From: Anaerolinea sp.
GTDB taxonomy: Bacteria; Chloroflexota; Dehalococcoidia; Tepidiformales; Tepidiformaceae
Reading direction: 5' to 3'
NCBI GenBank assembly: GCA_013822275.1
Contig: PNKC01000006.1
Coordinates: forward strand, 2,667 to 66,666
DNA length: 64,000 bases
In this document: positions 18,157 through 27,830 of the stretch, one piece after another
Layout of the letters: each line of letters starts with the position of its first letter
Position numbering within the stretch: the first letter of the stretch is position 1
The notes under the pieces: model-generated
What the model saw: the letters and a program-made list of their open reading frames with translations, nothing else
Database searches by the model: none
What the model was told of the DNA's origin: nothing
Position numbers and translations under genes: made by a program

Positions 18157-19407
18157 ATGCGGCGCCTCGCGCGGACTCTGTTTGGAAGCGAACACCGCAC
18201 CCTGACGCTGGTCGTCTTGGTGCTGCTCGCCTCTGTGTTCGTGGCGCTGGGCACCGGGTTCTGGCTGCTTTTCCGGCTCGCCTATGTGATCGGCTTCGGG
18301 TTGCCAATCTGCTGGGGGCTTGCCTGGTGGAACACCCGCCATGTGGAGGCCGTGGTTGATCGCCGGACCCTCCGCGGCCAGGTTGGCCAGGAAGCAGTCG
18401 AAGTGATCGAAGTCCGCAACCGGGATCTCTTCCCGAAGGTCTGGGTGGAAGTCGAAGACCCCAGCGACCTGCCGGGGCATCACTCGAAGCGCGTGGTGAT
18501 TATCCCGCCGCGGCGTACGCGCAACTGGCTGGTGACAACGAAACTCACGCGGCGCGGACTCTACGAATGGGGCCCGTTGCGGATCACCACCTCGGACCCG
18601 TTTGGCATCTTCCGGCGCTCGCGCGAACTCGGCGGCAGCGCCCAGATCCTTGTCTACCCGCCGGTTGTGGAATTGCCGCATTTCACGGCGCCGCCCGCCA
18701 ACCTGCCGGGCGAAGGCCGCTTCCGCCGGCGGACGCACTACGTGACGCCCAACGCCAGCGGCATCCGCCAGTACGCCCCGGGCGACGCCTTCAACCGCAT
18801 CCACTGGCGAAGCACAGCGCGCACCGGCGAGCTCATGGTCAAGACCTTCGAACTGGACCCGGCAAGCGACATCTGGGTAGTCGTGGACCTTGAACGGCGC
18901 GTGGCCGCGGGCAGCGGCGAGGAGAGCACAGAGGAGTACGCGGTCCGTGTGGCGGCCAGCATCGCCCGCCACTACCTCGTCAACAACCGGCCGGTGGGCA
19001 TGATCTCGTTCGGCAAGGATCTGCGGGTGCTGGAACCGGAACGCGGCGGGCAGCAGCTCACGCGCATCCTCGAAACGCTGGCCACGGCCTACGCCGTGGG
19101 CGACGCCCCGCTCGGCAACATCCTGACGGAGGAGCAGCGCCGTTTCGGCCGCCACACGACCCTGATCATCATCACCTCCGCCACGGACGACCACTGGCTC
19201 ACGGCGATCCAGGCCCTCACCCAGCGGGGGGTGCGCGCCGCCGCCGTGCTCGTTGACCCGAGCACCTTCGGCAGTGACCGCTCAGCCCTGCTGATGTACG
19301 GTCAACTGGCGGCGAGCGATATCCTCACGTATGTCATCAGCCGCGGCGATGACCTCGGGCTCGCCCTCAGCCCATCAGCGACAGGAGTCGGCGCATGGCA
19401 GGGATAA
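18157..19407 (+). CDS. DUF58 domain-containing protein
   Basis: Two N-terminal TM helices, then GIRQYAPGDAFNRIHWRSTARTGELMVKTFE (DUF58 signature). Positioned directly after moxR. Confidence 0.85.
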   Translation: MRRLARTLFGSEHRTLTLVVLVLLASVFVALGTGFWLLFRLAYVIGFGLPICWGLAWWNTRHVEAVVDRRTLRGQVGQEAVEVIEVRNRDLFPKVWVEVEDPSDLPGHHSKRVVIIPPRRTRNWLVTTKLTRRGLYEWGPLRITTSDPFGIFRRSRELGGSAQILVYPPVVELPHFTAPPANLPGEGRFRRRTHYVTPNASGIRQYAPGDAFNRIHWRSTARTGELMVKTFELDPASDIWVVVDLERRVAAGSGEESTEEYAVRVAASIARHYLVNNRPVGMISFGKDLRVLEPERGGQQLTRILETLATAYAVGDAPLGNILTEEQRRFGRHTTLIIITSATDDHWLTAIQALTQRGVRAAAVLVDPSTFGSDRSALLMYGQLAASDILTYVISRGDDLGLALSPSATGVGAWQG

Positions 19408-21692
19408 ACCTCCCGATGGAGCGTTCAGCAGGCCGCAGAGCCGGCTCGTTCGCCGTCTCCGCCCCTCGCGTGGTGATGTCCTGGGAGGATTGGCTCACGT
19501 TCGCGGTTGCTGCCGTGGCGTTCCTCGCCGTCGCCGTCTCGATCGACAGCGCCGACTGGGTGAAGCGGATGCCAAGCATTATCCCGACGGTGATGCTCGG
19601 GCTGCTCATCGGGCTGGTGTCCGCCCGCACAAAGCTCCCGGCCGTGATCGTCCACCCCCTGGGGATGGTCCTTGGCGCGGTCGTCGTGGCCCTCGTCGTC
19701 CAGCAGTACGCCGACGGGCTGACGCTTTCCGAGCGGATGGCGGATTTCCGCATCCGGATGAACGAGTGGTACAACGTCGTCCGCGCGGGCGACATCAGCA
19801 ACGACAACCTGCCGTTCATCACGCTCGTCAACACGCTCGGCTTCCTGAGCACGTACGTCGCCGCCTGGGCCATCTACCGCTGGCACAACGCATGGCTCGC
19901 GATCATGCCGGGGGGCATCGTCCTGCTGGCGAACATCAGCTTCCAGAAGGGCCAGCCGAGCGGCGCGTTCGTGGTCTTCCTTTTCGGCGCGGTGCTGCTC
20001 GCCGCGCGGCTCCACCTCCAGAAGAACCAGGCACACTGGAAGAAGGAGGGTGTGGAGTACCCCGAGTTCATCAGCGTGAGCTCCGTCCAGCTCACCTTCC
20101 TGGTCACCATCCTCCTCCTGGTTTTCGCCTGGATGGTCCCGCTGGGAAGCCAGGCGAAGGCGTTCGAGGGCACGGTTGACGCGGTTACCAGGCCGTTCGA
20201 AGGCCAGTCCGAAACGCTCGTCCGCCTCTTCCACAACATCGACTCCCGCAAAGGCGCCCCGCTCCATTCGTTCGGGGACACCCTCCCGATCCAGGGCGAG
20301 GTGAAGCTTGGCACGAAGGCTCTCTTCGAAGTAAAGAGCCCGGACGCCGGGCTCCTCCGGGCGACCAGTTACGACCAGTACACGGGCAACGGCTGGAAGG
20401 CCAGTGACCGCGACTCCACTCGCGTGGATGCGCGCGAACTGGCTGTTGACGAAGTCGCCGGGAACTACAAGGAGCGCACGATCTCCACCCTCAAGGTGAC
20501 GGTGTTGGATCGGGAGAGCACGCTCCTGACGCCGGGGATGCCGCTGCGCGCCAATATCGCGACCACGATCGAAACCCCGAAGGACTTCAGCAGCGACATC
20601 GAGCGGATGCGCAGCCGTCGCGGGCTGGAAAAGGGCGACACGTACAACAGCTTCGGCTCGATCAGCACGGCCAGCGCAGAGCAGCTGAACGGCGCCGGGA
20701 CGGCGTACCCCTCGTGGGTGACGGACCGCTACCTTCAACTGCCCAAATCACTTCCGCAGCGCGTTGGCGCTGAGAGCCTGAGGGTGGTGAACGAAAAGGG
20801 CGCAAGGACTCCCTACGAACGGACGCGCGCCATCGAGGAGTACCTCCGCACCTTCCCGTACGACCTGCTTGTGGTCTCCGCGCCGGCTGGCCGCGATACC
20901 GTCGACTTCTTCCTCTTCGACCTGAAGCGGGGCTACTTCGACTACCAGTCCACGACGATGGCCGTGATGCTGCGGACGCTGGGCATCCCTGCGCGGGTGG
21001 CCGTTGGCTACGCGATTGACGCTGGCGCGGGCGAAGAAACCAACTACACCATCCGGAAGGACGCCGCGTACTCGTGGGTGGAAGTGTACTTCCCGGAGTT
21101 CGGCTGGGTCACCTTTAACCCGACCCAGGACCGGCCGGAGGGTGGCGCCGGCGGCCTGGGGGCGACGATCGTGGACCCCATTGACCCGTTCGGCGAGGAC
21201 CCCAGCCTGACCGAACTCTTCCCCACTGAAGTCGTGGACCCCTTCGCCGACCCGGAACTTGCCGAGGCGCTCAACGAGACCGCGATCGCGAACTCGCAGC
21301 CGCCTTGGATCCTGTTGTACGCCCTGGCCGGCGTGCTGACCATGATGGCCGTCCTCTTCATCGCCGGGCGGATGACGTGGAACTGGGGCCTGGGCGGGCT
21401 CTCCGGGCGGGCACGCCTGTGGGCGAAGGCACACCGCCTCGCGAGCTGGGCCGGCATGGGCGGACGGGCAGCCGAAACACCGCGGGAGTGGTCCCGGCGA
21501 GTGGGCGGGGCCGTCGACCGGGCGGAGGAAGCGCAGCGGCTGGCGGAGGCGTACGAAGAGTCTCGCTATGGCCGTCCGGACCTGCAACGGATTGACGACG
21601 AATCCGCGGCTGGCTCGTATAGGCAGCTGCGCGGCGCGCTGCTCTCAGCGGTCCTGCGGCGGAAGCCGGCAAAGAAGAAGCCGAAGGCATAA
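19395..21692 (+). CDS. transglutaminase-like membrane protein (TgpA-like)
   Basis: Multi-TM N-terminus. Transglutaminase core GYFDYQSTTMAVMLRTLGIPARVAVGY...AYSWVEVYFPEFGWVTFNPT. 13-nt overlap with the DUF58 gene. Confidence 0.85.
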   Translation: MAGINLPMERSAGRRAGSFAVSAPRVVMSWEDWLTFAVAAVAFLAVAVSIDSADWVKRMPSIIPTVMLGLLIGLVSARTKLPAVIVHPLGMVLGAVVVALVVQQYADGLTLSERMADFRIRMNEWYNVVRAGDISNDNLPFITLVNTLGFLSTYVAAWAIYRWHNAWLAIMPGGIVLLANISFQKGQPSGAFVVFLFGAVLLAARLHLQKNQAHWKKEGVEYPEFISVSSVQLTFLVTILLLVFAWMVPLGSQAKAFEGTVDAVTRPFEGQSETLVRLFHNIDSRKGAPLHSFGDTLPIQGEVKLGTKALFEVKSPDAGLLRATSYDQYTGNGWKASDRDSTRVDARELAVDEVAGNYKERTISTLKVTVLDRESTLLTPGMPLRANIATTIETPKDFSSDIERMRSRRGLEKGDTYNSFGSISTASAEQLNGAGTAYPSWVTDRYLQLPKSLPQRVGAESLRVVNEKGARTPYERTRAIEEYLRTFPYDLLVVSAPAGRDTVDFFLFDLKRGYFDYQSTTMAVMLRTLGIPARVAVGYAIDAGAGEETNYTIRKDAAYSWVEVYFPEFGWVTFNPTQDRPEGGAGGLGATIVDPIDPFGEDPSLTELFPTEVVDPFADPELAEALNETAIANSQPPWILLYALAGVLTMMAVLFIAGRMTWNWGLGGLSGRARLWAKAHRLASWAGMGGRAAETPREWSRRVGGAVDRAEEAQRLAEAYEESRYGRPDLQRIDDESAAGSYRQLRGALLSAVLRRKPAKKKPKA

Positions 21693-21716
21693 GGGCGCGT
21701 TACCAGTCGCGCGCCC
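21693..21716 (+). terminator. hairpin after the transglutaminase gene
   Basis: GGGCGCG / CGCGCCC stem followed by CGGCGTTTTCC. Confidence 0.4.
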
Positions 21717-21731
21717 CGGCGTTTTCCCTTC

Positions 21732-22268
21732 ATGAAGACTGACCAGCTCACCGCCGTCGTCGCGGAGACCGTCCTCGGATGGGTTGGCGTCGCGCTTTCG
21801 GAGCATGGAATCCGTTACGCGACGCTCTTCCACCACTCCCGGGAAGCCGTCCTGGGCGAACTTGCCGCCTTCGGGGCGGGGGAGCGGCCGGACAGGCGAG
21901 CGGAGGAGGTGGCAGAGTTCCTCCGCGGCTACGCAGCCGGCGAGCCCGTGTCGCTGGATGACTACCCGGTCGATCTACCCCCGTGTACGGAAGCGCGGCG
22001 GCAGATCTGGCTGGCGCTGAGAGAGATCCCAAGGGGGGAGACGCGAAGTTACGGCTGGCTCGCCCGCAGAGTCGGCAGACCCACGGCGGCGCGGGCGATT
22101 GGGGCCGCCGTGGGCGCCAACCCGATCCCGCTCTGGCTCCCCTGCCACCGCGTGGTCGCAAGCGACGGCGCCCTGCATGGGTTCGGAGGCGGACTGGCGA
22201 TGAAGCAGGCGCTGCTGGAGTTGGAAGGCGCGCTCCCGCGGCGGCTGCCGGCCCGCCGCGAGTTCTGA
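21732..22268 (+). CDS. ogt: methylated-DNA--protein-cysteine methyltransferase
   Basis: Active-site motif IPLWLPCHRVV and the preceding helix-turn-helix GETRSYGWLARRVGRPTAARAIGAAVGANP. Confidence 0.9.
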   Translation: MKTDQLTAVVAETVLGWVGVALSEHGIRYATLFHHSREAVLGELAAFGAGERPDRRAEEVAEFLRGYAAGEPVSLDDYPVDLPPCTEARRQIWLALREIPRGETRSYGWLARRVGRPTAARAIGAAVGANPIPLWLPCHRVVASDGALHGFGGGLAMKQALLELEGALPRRLPARREF

Positions 22269-22330
22269 GTTCTTGGTTCTGAGTTCTCGGAGACGGAACC
22301 GAGAACTTTAGAACGCAGAACCGAGAACTT
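22262..22330. repeat. GTTCT/AGAAC-rich repeat cluster
   Basis: GTTCTGAGTTCT at 22262-22273 and 22276-22287. GAACCGAGAACTT at 22296-22308 and 22318-22330. 22283-22290 (GTTCTCGG) can pair with 22299-22306 (CCGAGAAC). Confidence 0.7.
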
Positions 22331-22333
22331 CGA

Positions 22334-22377
22334 AAACAACGAAGAGGCCGCCCTCTCGGGCGGCTTCTTCGTTGTTT
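22334..22377. terminator. bidirectional intrinsic terminator between ogt and the ABC substrate-binding gene
   Basis: 20-bp stem AAACAACGAAGAGGCCGCCC / GGGCGGCTTCTTCGTTGTTT with one G-U pair and a TCTC loop. A/T runs on both flanks. Confidence 0.8.
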
Positions 22378-22390
22378 CCGGATGAGGAGG

Positions 22391-24112
22391 CTAGGCCTTG
22401 TCGCGCCAGGCCTTCATCAGGTGGGTGTAGGGGAACCACGCGGTGGGGCGGTAGTTCTGGATGTCGGGGTTCCAGAAGTAGGTCCGCGTGTCCGTGCTGA
22501 AGTAGATCTCGTACTGCTCTTCGGCGACCAGTTCTTCGATCTGCTTGATGGTCTGGAGGCGTTCTTCCAGCTTGAATTGCCCGCGCTGCTTGTCCATCAG
22601 GTCCTCGAGCTTCGGGTCGTTGACGTAGCTGAGGTTGATGCGGCCGCGCTTCGGCTTCATGGTGAAGCGCTCGGTGACGTAGTCCAGCCAATAGGCCACG
22701 GCGCGCGGGCTGTGGCCCATGCCTTCGTAGTTGCCCTGGTAGGTGGTGGTCAGGTAGCTGGTGGCATACGGCTGGTTGTTGTCCGTGATGTTGATGCCGA
22801 TGTCCTTGAGCTGGTTCTGGGCAAGGGTCGCCGTGTCCAGGTATTCCTGGCCGTAGGCGGTGATATCGGCGTGGCTCCAGGTCGTATCGATCGTCTTGCC
22901 GTCGCCGAGGGCGGCGGCGAGCAGCTTCTTCGCTTCGGTCGGGTTGTAGTCCCAGTACTTGGCCTGGGGCAGGTCCTTCACCTGGCGGGCGAAGGGGTAG
23001 CCGACGTGGTAGAGCTGGTCCGGCACGCCTTCGCCCTTGGAGATCGCCTCACGAATGAGCTTGCGGTTCAGGCCCATGCTGATGGCCTGGCGGACGCGCT
23101 TGTCCTGGAACGGGGGCTTGTCCGTGCGGAGGTAGATGTAGCCGCCGATGCCCTGGGTCTCTTCGAACTTGGCGTCTGGGCGGGCCTTCTTCGTGCTGTC
23201 GCGCGGGTCCGGCAGCATCAGCCAGGTGAGATCTACCTGCCTGGACTGGAAGTCGGCAACGCGCTTGGCCGGGTCCGTGACGCCGAACATCTTCAGTTCA
23301 TCGAAGTACGGGTACGGCTTATCGAAGTAGTCAGGGTTCTTCTTGAAGGAGAGGCTGACGCCCGCCTGGGTCTCCGTGTGGAGGAACGGGCCCGAGCCGA
23401 GCATCTTGGTCGTGGCTTCAGGGGACTCGGCGTGCTCCTTCGGCGAAATCCAGGCGCCGAGGTTTCCGCCGAGATAGGCCGTGGTGTCGGCGTAGGGCAG
23501 CTTCGTCGTGATCTTGAACGTCTGGTTGTCCGGCGTCTCCATCTTGTCGATGAAGCTGAGGCCGGTCTTGTGTACAGACTTCTCGAAGTTGAGGTAGCGG
23601 TCGAAGGCGTAGCGGATGTCTTCCGAGGTGACCTGGCGGCCGTTGTGGAACTTCGCGTTTGCCTTGATCTTGAAGGTGTAGGTGAGCGGGTCCGCCTGTT
23701 CGGGAAGCTTCTCGGCGAGGTCTGGCTCCATCGAGTTGTCGGCCGGGGCAACCTCGGGCACGCCGGCCCTGAAGCGCAGGAGCTTGCTGTAGCTCAGGCC
23801 GTTGACGTACGCCGTCTGGAACGAAGTGACGGTGTAGGGGTCCAGGACCGGGTTAATCGCCGGAAGTGTGACCGTGAGCGTCCCGCCTGGCTTCGGGGTC
23901 TTGGCGGCGGCCGTTGGCGACGTTGCGGCGGTCGGCAGGAGGCCCTGCTTCGTGGGCTCGGGGCCGCCGTCGTCGTCTCCACAGCCGACGAGCGCGAAGG
24001 CGCCGGCGCCCACGCCGGCCACGGCCGCGCCGCGGAGGGCGGTGCGGCGGCTGGTCTTGTGGCGCAGCCAGTAGTTGTTGCGGTCTTCCATGGTGTGCTG
24101 TTTCCCCCTCAA
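22391..24112 (-). CDS. ABC transporter substrate-binding lipoprotein (peptide/nickel, family 5)
   Basis: Tat-like RRTALRGAAVAGVGAGAFALVGC lipobox. Length and sequence are typical of DppA/OppA-type SBPs. Confidence 0.85.
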   Translation of the reverse strand: MRGKQHTMEDRNNYWLRHKTSRRTALRGAAVAGVGAGAFALVGCGDDDGGPEPTKQGLLPTAATSPTAAAKTPKPGGTLTVTLPAINPVLDPYTVTSFQTAYVNGLSYSKLLRFRAGVPEVAPADNSMEPDLAEKLPEQADPLTYTFKIKANAKFHNGRQVTSEDIRYAFDRYLNFEKSVHKTGLSFIDKMETPDNQTFKITTKLPYADTTAYLGGNLGAWISPKEHAESPEATTKMLGSGPFLHTETQAGVSLSFKKNPDYFDKPYPYFDELKMFGVTDPAKRVADFQSRQVDLTWLMLPDPRDSTKKARPDAKFEETQGIGGYIYLRTDKPPFQDKRVRQAISMGLNRKLIREAISKGEGVPDQLYHVGYPFARQVKDLPQAKYWDYNPTEAKKLLAAALGDGKTIDTTWSHADITAYGQEYLDTATLAQNQLKDIGINITDNNQPYATSYLTTTYQGNYEGMGHSPRAVAYWLDYVTERFTMKPKRGRINLSYVNDPKLEDLMDKQRGQFKLEERLQTIKQIEELVAEEQYEIYFSTDTRTYFWNPDIQNYRPTAWFPYTHLMKAWRDKA

Positions 24113-24145
24113 AGCACCCTTCTGGGCGCAGTGATTCCTAACGTA

Positions 24146-25069
24146 TTACGATCCCTGGCGGAGCCGTGGATCCAGGATGTCTCTCAGGGCGTCGCCGAAG
24201 AGGTTGAAGCTGAGCACGGCGAGGCTAATCGCGAGGCCCGGCATGAAGGCGGTCCACCAGGCGCGTTCCCAAACGGCGCGGGTGTCCTGGAGCATGGCGC
24301 CCCAGCTGGGGTGGGTGGCGTTGGCGATGCCGAGGCCGAGGAAGCTGAGCGCGGCCTCGGCGAGGATCGCGTTGCCAATCTGGATGCTGGCGATGACAAT
24401 GATCGGCGCCACAACGTTCGGGAGCACGTGCCGCCACATGATCCGGTTGGCGCTGTTGCCAACGCACTGCGCCGCCTCGATGTATTGCAGGTTCCGGATC
24501 GAGAGCACGGAGCCGCGCACGATGCGCGCGGTCGTGGGCGCGATGATGATGCCGATGGCCAGGCTGACGAGCAGGTACGACTGCATGCTGTAGCCGCCCT
24601 TACTGTTGAAGATGGAGAGGAAGAAGATCAGAAAGACGAGCGGCGGGAAGCCCAGCATCACGTCCAGCAGGCGGCCGATGAGCAGGTCCACCCAGCCGCC
24701 AAGGTAGCCCCCCAGCATCCCCAGCACGGTCCCGAGCACGGTCCCAACAAAGACTGCGCCAAAGCCGACGCCGAGGGAGATCCGGCTGCTCACGATGATC
24801 CGGCTGAACATGTCGCGGAAGAGGTTGTCGGTCCCCATCGGGTAGGTTGCCGAGGGCGCCTGCAGGCGCGGGAAGCGTTGTGCGTCCACGGGATGCGGCG
24901 CGAGCTGGCCAGCGAAGACCGCCACAAGGACGAGGAGAATGCAGACCACGCAGGCGACGGCGCCGATGGGCTTCTTCCGGGCGATGCGCCAGACTCTTTG
25001 GATCGGGCTCCGGCGCGCGCGGAGTTCGTAGGAGGGGACGGGGAGTGAGGTTTCGGCCGCGGAGGTCAT
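24146..25069 (-). CDS. ABC transporter permease (DppC/OppC-like)
   Basis: Six-TM permease with an EAA-like loop IEAAQCVGNSANRIMWRHVLPN. Confidence 0.85.
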   Translation of the reverse strand: MTSAAETSLPVPSYELRARRSPIQRVWRIARKKPIGAVACVVCILLVLVAVFAGQLAPHPVDAQRFPRLQAPSATYPMGTDNLFRDMFSRIIVSSRISLGVGFGAVFVGTVLGTVLGMLGGYLGGWVDLLIGRLLDVMLGFPPLVFLIFFLSIFNSKGGYSMQSYLLVSLAIGIIIAPTTARIVRGSVLSIRNLQYIEAAQCVGNSANRIMWRHVLPNVVAPIIVIASIQIGNAILAEAALSFLGLGIANATHPSWGAMLQDTRAVWERAWWTAFMPGLAISLAVLSFNLFGDALRDILDPRLRQGS

Positions 25070-26016
25070 TATGAGTACCTGATCCGCGGGTCAATCCACG
25101 CGTAGCTCAGGTCCACCAGGAGGTTGAGGACCACGAGGACGGTAGCGAAGAGAAGCACGAGGCCCTGCACCTGGGAGTAGTCCTTCGCGCGTACGGCGCT
25201 CAAGGTCAACCCGCCAAGCCCGGGCAGGCTGAAGATGGATTCGAGGACGACTGTCCCGCCAAAGAGCACGCCCACCTGGAGGGCGAAGAGCGTGGTCACC
25301 GGGATCATCGCGTTGCGCAGGGCGTGGCGGACGACCACGACGGCGCCGCCGAGGCCTTTCGCGCGGGCCGTGCGGATGTAGTCCTGGCGCAGCACCTCGA
25401 GCATGGACGAGCGTGTGACGCGCGCCAGGCTGGCGCTGAGGGCGAGACCGAGGGAGATCGCGGGCAGGTACAACTGCTCAAGGTTCCTCAGTGGGTCTTC
25501 CCAGATGTTCACGTAGCCCACAGGCGGGCCGTAGTGCCACCACTTGGAGGGGAACACGATCAACATCGTCCCCAGCCAGAACGAGGGGATGCTCAGCCAG
25601 CCGATCGTGAGGAAGCGGAGCCCGTAGTCCGAGAGGCTGTCCTGTCTCACGGCGGAGACCACGCCAATCGGGATTGCGATCACGAGGGCGAAGAACGTCG
25701 AGAGCAGAGTCAGTTCGATCGTGAGCGGGATACGGTCTTTCATCTCCGCGCCCACGGCGCGCTTCGTGATGAGGGACTTGCCGAAGTCACCGGTGAGCAC
25801 CCCGCCCATGTACTTGAAGTACTGGGTGACCATGGGCTGGTCGATCCCCAGCTCCTTGTCGATCACGGTGCACTGTTCCTTCGTGACGTCCGGCGTCTGG
25901 AGGACGATGTGGCAAACGTTGCCGGGGATGACTCGGACAGCCGAAAACACGATCACGCTGATCGCGAGGAGAACCAACAAGGAGAAGAGGATGCGCTTAA
26001 CGACGTACTGGCCCAT
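25069..26016 (-). CDS. ABC transporter permease (DppB/OppB-like)
   Basis: MGQYVVKRILFSLLVLLAISVIVF N-terminus and the YIRTARAKGL EAA motif. 1-nt overlap with the downstream permease. Confidence 0.85.
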   Translation of the reverse strand: MGQYVVKRILFSLLVLLAISVIVFSAVRVIPGNVCHIVLQTPDVTKEQCTVIDKELGIDQPMVTQYFKYMGGVLTGDFGKSLITKRAVGAEMKDRIPLTIELTLLSTFFALVIAIPIGVVSAVRQDSLSDYGLRFLTIGWLSIPSFWLGTMLIVFPSKWWHYGPPVGYVNIWEDPLRNLEQLYLPAISLGLALSASLARVTRSSMLEVLRQDYIRTARAKGLGGAVVVVRHALRNAMIPVTTLFALQVGVLFGGTVVLESIFSLPGLGGLTLSAVRAKDYSQVQGLVLLFATVLVVLNLLVDLSYAWIDPRIRYS

Positions 26017-26145
26017 GTGCGCAGGCTGTCTCCCCCATCATCCATCCGCCGGCGGCTGTGGGCCTTCCGGCGAAGGTCTGATTATTGGGAGCCGGGGACG
26101 CTGGGTCAATTCCTGTCGAAGAAATAATCGATGTGTTGAACAAGT

Positions 26146-27243
26146 TTATACATTGAAGAGGATGTTCAAAACGTCCCCATCCTGGACAACGTACTGCTTG
26201 CCTTCGGTGCGGAGCAGGCCGCGCTTCTTCGCCTCGGCCTCACTCCCGGCGGCGACGAGATCGTCAAAGCGGATGACTTCCGCGCGGATGAAACCGCGCC
26301 GGAGGTCGCTGTGGATCTTCCCCGCGGCTTCCGGCGCAGTCGAGCCCCTGGCGACGGTCCAGGCGCGGCACTCATCCGGCCCCGCGGTGAGAAAACTGAT
26401 GAGGCCAAGGATCTGGTAGCTCATCCGGATGGCGCCCGCCATCCCGCTCTCCGTCACGCCGGCGGAGGCGCGGAACTCTGCCGCTTCGTCCTCGCCCAGG
26501 TCATTTAGCTCCATCTCGAACTTGCCACAGAAGACGGCGACGTCACGGAACGGCGCCTGGTGCTTCGCGCGGTACTCCGCTTCCAGCTCGGCCCGGCGGG
26601 GGAGGTCTTTCTCCCCGATGTTGACGATGATCAGCAGGGGGAGCGCCGTGAGGAATTGCGAGCCCTCGAGGCTCTTCCACTCCTCGGCCGAGAGGCCCTG
26701 TTCGCGGATCGGCTCCTCAGCCTCCAACCGCGCCTTCATGCGCGCCAGGACGTCCTTGCCACGTTGCAGGGCGTCGCGTTCGCCCGCCTTGATCGAACGC
26801 ATCTCCGCCTCAATCCGCTGGAGCCGCTTATCGATGATGGCGAGGTCCGCGAAGGCCAGCTCGAGGTCCATCGTCGCGATGTCGCGTGCCGGGTCGATCG
26901 TGACCTCTGGATGGGGCACGGTCTCATCTTCGAAAGCGCGGACGACGTGGATGAGGGCGTCCATCCGGGCGAGCTCGTTGATAAACTTGCCCGCCGGGCC
27001 TTCGCCCTTGCCGAATGACTCGCCAGCGGCCGGGAAATCGACGTACTGGATGGTCGCGTAGGTCGTCTTTTTCGGGTGGTAGAGCTGCGCGAGGCGGTCG
27101 ACCCGCTCGTCCGGGACGTTCACGACACCAACGTTCGGCTGGGTGCTGGCGCTGTAGGCGCCAACCTGGGCGGTGCCGCGCGTGACCGCGTTAAAGACCG
27201 TCGTTTTCCCAGACCGCGCCAGGCCGATGATTCCGAGCTGCAT
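26146..27243 (-). CDS. ychF: redox-regulated ribosome-binding ATPase YchF
   Basis: ORF 26146-27657 trimmed to the ATG at 27243. MQLGIIGLARSGKTTVFNA (G1), a TGS-like C-terminus, and ending ...YVVQDGDVLNILFNV. Confidence 0.9.
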   Translation of the reverse strand: MQLGIIGLARSGKTTVFNAVTRGTAQVGAYSASTQPNVGVVNVPDERVDRLAQLYHPKKTTYATIQYVDFPAAGESFGKGEGPAGKFINELARMDALIHVVRAFEDETVPHPEVTIDPARDIATMDLELAFADLAIIDKRLQRIEAEMRSIKAGERDALQRGKDVLARMKARLEAEEPIREQGLSAEEWKSLEGSQFLTALPLLIIVNIGEKDLPRRAELEAEYRAKHQAPFRDVAVFCGKFEMELNDLGEDEAAEFRASAGVTESGMAGAIRMSYQILGLISFLTAGPDECRAWTVARGSTAPEAAGKIHSDLRRGFIRAEVIRFDDLVAAGSEAEAKKRGLLRTEGKQYVVQDGDVLNILFNV

Positions 27244-27400
27244 AGAGGGGAGGGTACAGGGGAAGCCGCTAAGGGCCGAGACATGCGCTTTACCCCCCGC
27301 CCCCAGCAGGACCGAACGGGCCCACGCGGAGGGCCGATCCGGCCCTCGCATTGCCATGCCGGTGAGCGACGATGGGTCCACGCTTAAGGGAGGCAACGGT

Positions 27401-27826
27401 ATGACCGCGCTCATGCGACGGAACCCATTTGAAGAGTTGATCAACCTCTTCCCTCGCGACCTCTTCGGCCGCGCCGGCGCGCTCTCCATGGAGTGGAGCC
27501 CGCGCTGCGATGTCACCGAAAACGCTGACGCTGTCGTCATCCACGCCGAACTTCCCGGCGTGGAGGTTGCGGACATGGAAGTGACGATCTCCGAAGGCTT
27601 CCTCACCATCCGCGGAGAGAAGACGTCCGAGAAGAAGGACGAAGCCGCGAACCGCACTTACCGGGAGCGCTTCTTCGGCAGCTTCGAACGGTCCATCGCC
27701 ATCCCGGCGGGGGTGGATGAAGCCCGTATCGAAGCGAATCTGAAGGACGGAGTCCTTGAGGTCCGCCTTCCGAAGTCTGAAGTCGTGAAGCCGGAAGCCC
27801 GGAAGGTTGAGATCAAGAAGCCATAG
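27401..27826 (+). CDS. Hsp20/alpha-crystallin family small heat-shock protein
   Basis: RBS AAGGGAGG. Alpha-crystallin domain DV.E..DAVVIHAELPGV....MEVTI.EGFLTIRGEK....ERFFGSFERSI.IP...D...I.A.L.DGVLEV.LPK. Confidence 0.9.
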   Translation: MTALMRRNPFEELINLFPRDLFGRAGALSMEWSPRCDVTENADAVVIHAELPGVEVADMEVTISEGFLTIRGEKTSEKKDEAANRTYRERFFGSFERSIAIPAGVDEARIEANLKDGVLEVRLPKSEVVKPEARKVEIKKP

Positions 27827-27830
27827 GGAC

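Noticed and set aside
17233-19194. 653-aa minus-strand ORF opposite moxR and the DUF58 gene
   Set aside because: Shadow ORF. The sense-strand genes carry unmistakable MoxR and DUF58 motifs, and the antisense product is Arg/Ala/Gly/Asp-rich with no motifs.
22296-22330. GAAC-containing repeats after ogt as additional LexA boxes
   Set aside because: The half-sites are direct (GAAC...GAAC), not the GAAC-N4-GTTC palindrome. The only canonical box seen is at 62894-62907.
22382-25048. 888-aa plus-strand ORF spanning the ABC transporter region
   Set aside because: It runs antisense to three well-supported ABC genes. The translation is low-complexity (Gly/Arg/Val/Asp-rich) with G/C enriched at the first codon position rather than the third. 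This is a typical shadow ORF of a high-GC genome.
27244-27400. Heat-shock operators (CIRCE or HAIR) upstream of hsp20
   Set aside because: Neither TTAGCACTC-N9-GAGTGCTAA nor CTTGAGT-N7-ACTCAAG, nor close variants, are present in the divergent ychF/hsp20 region.
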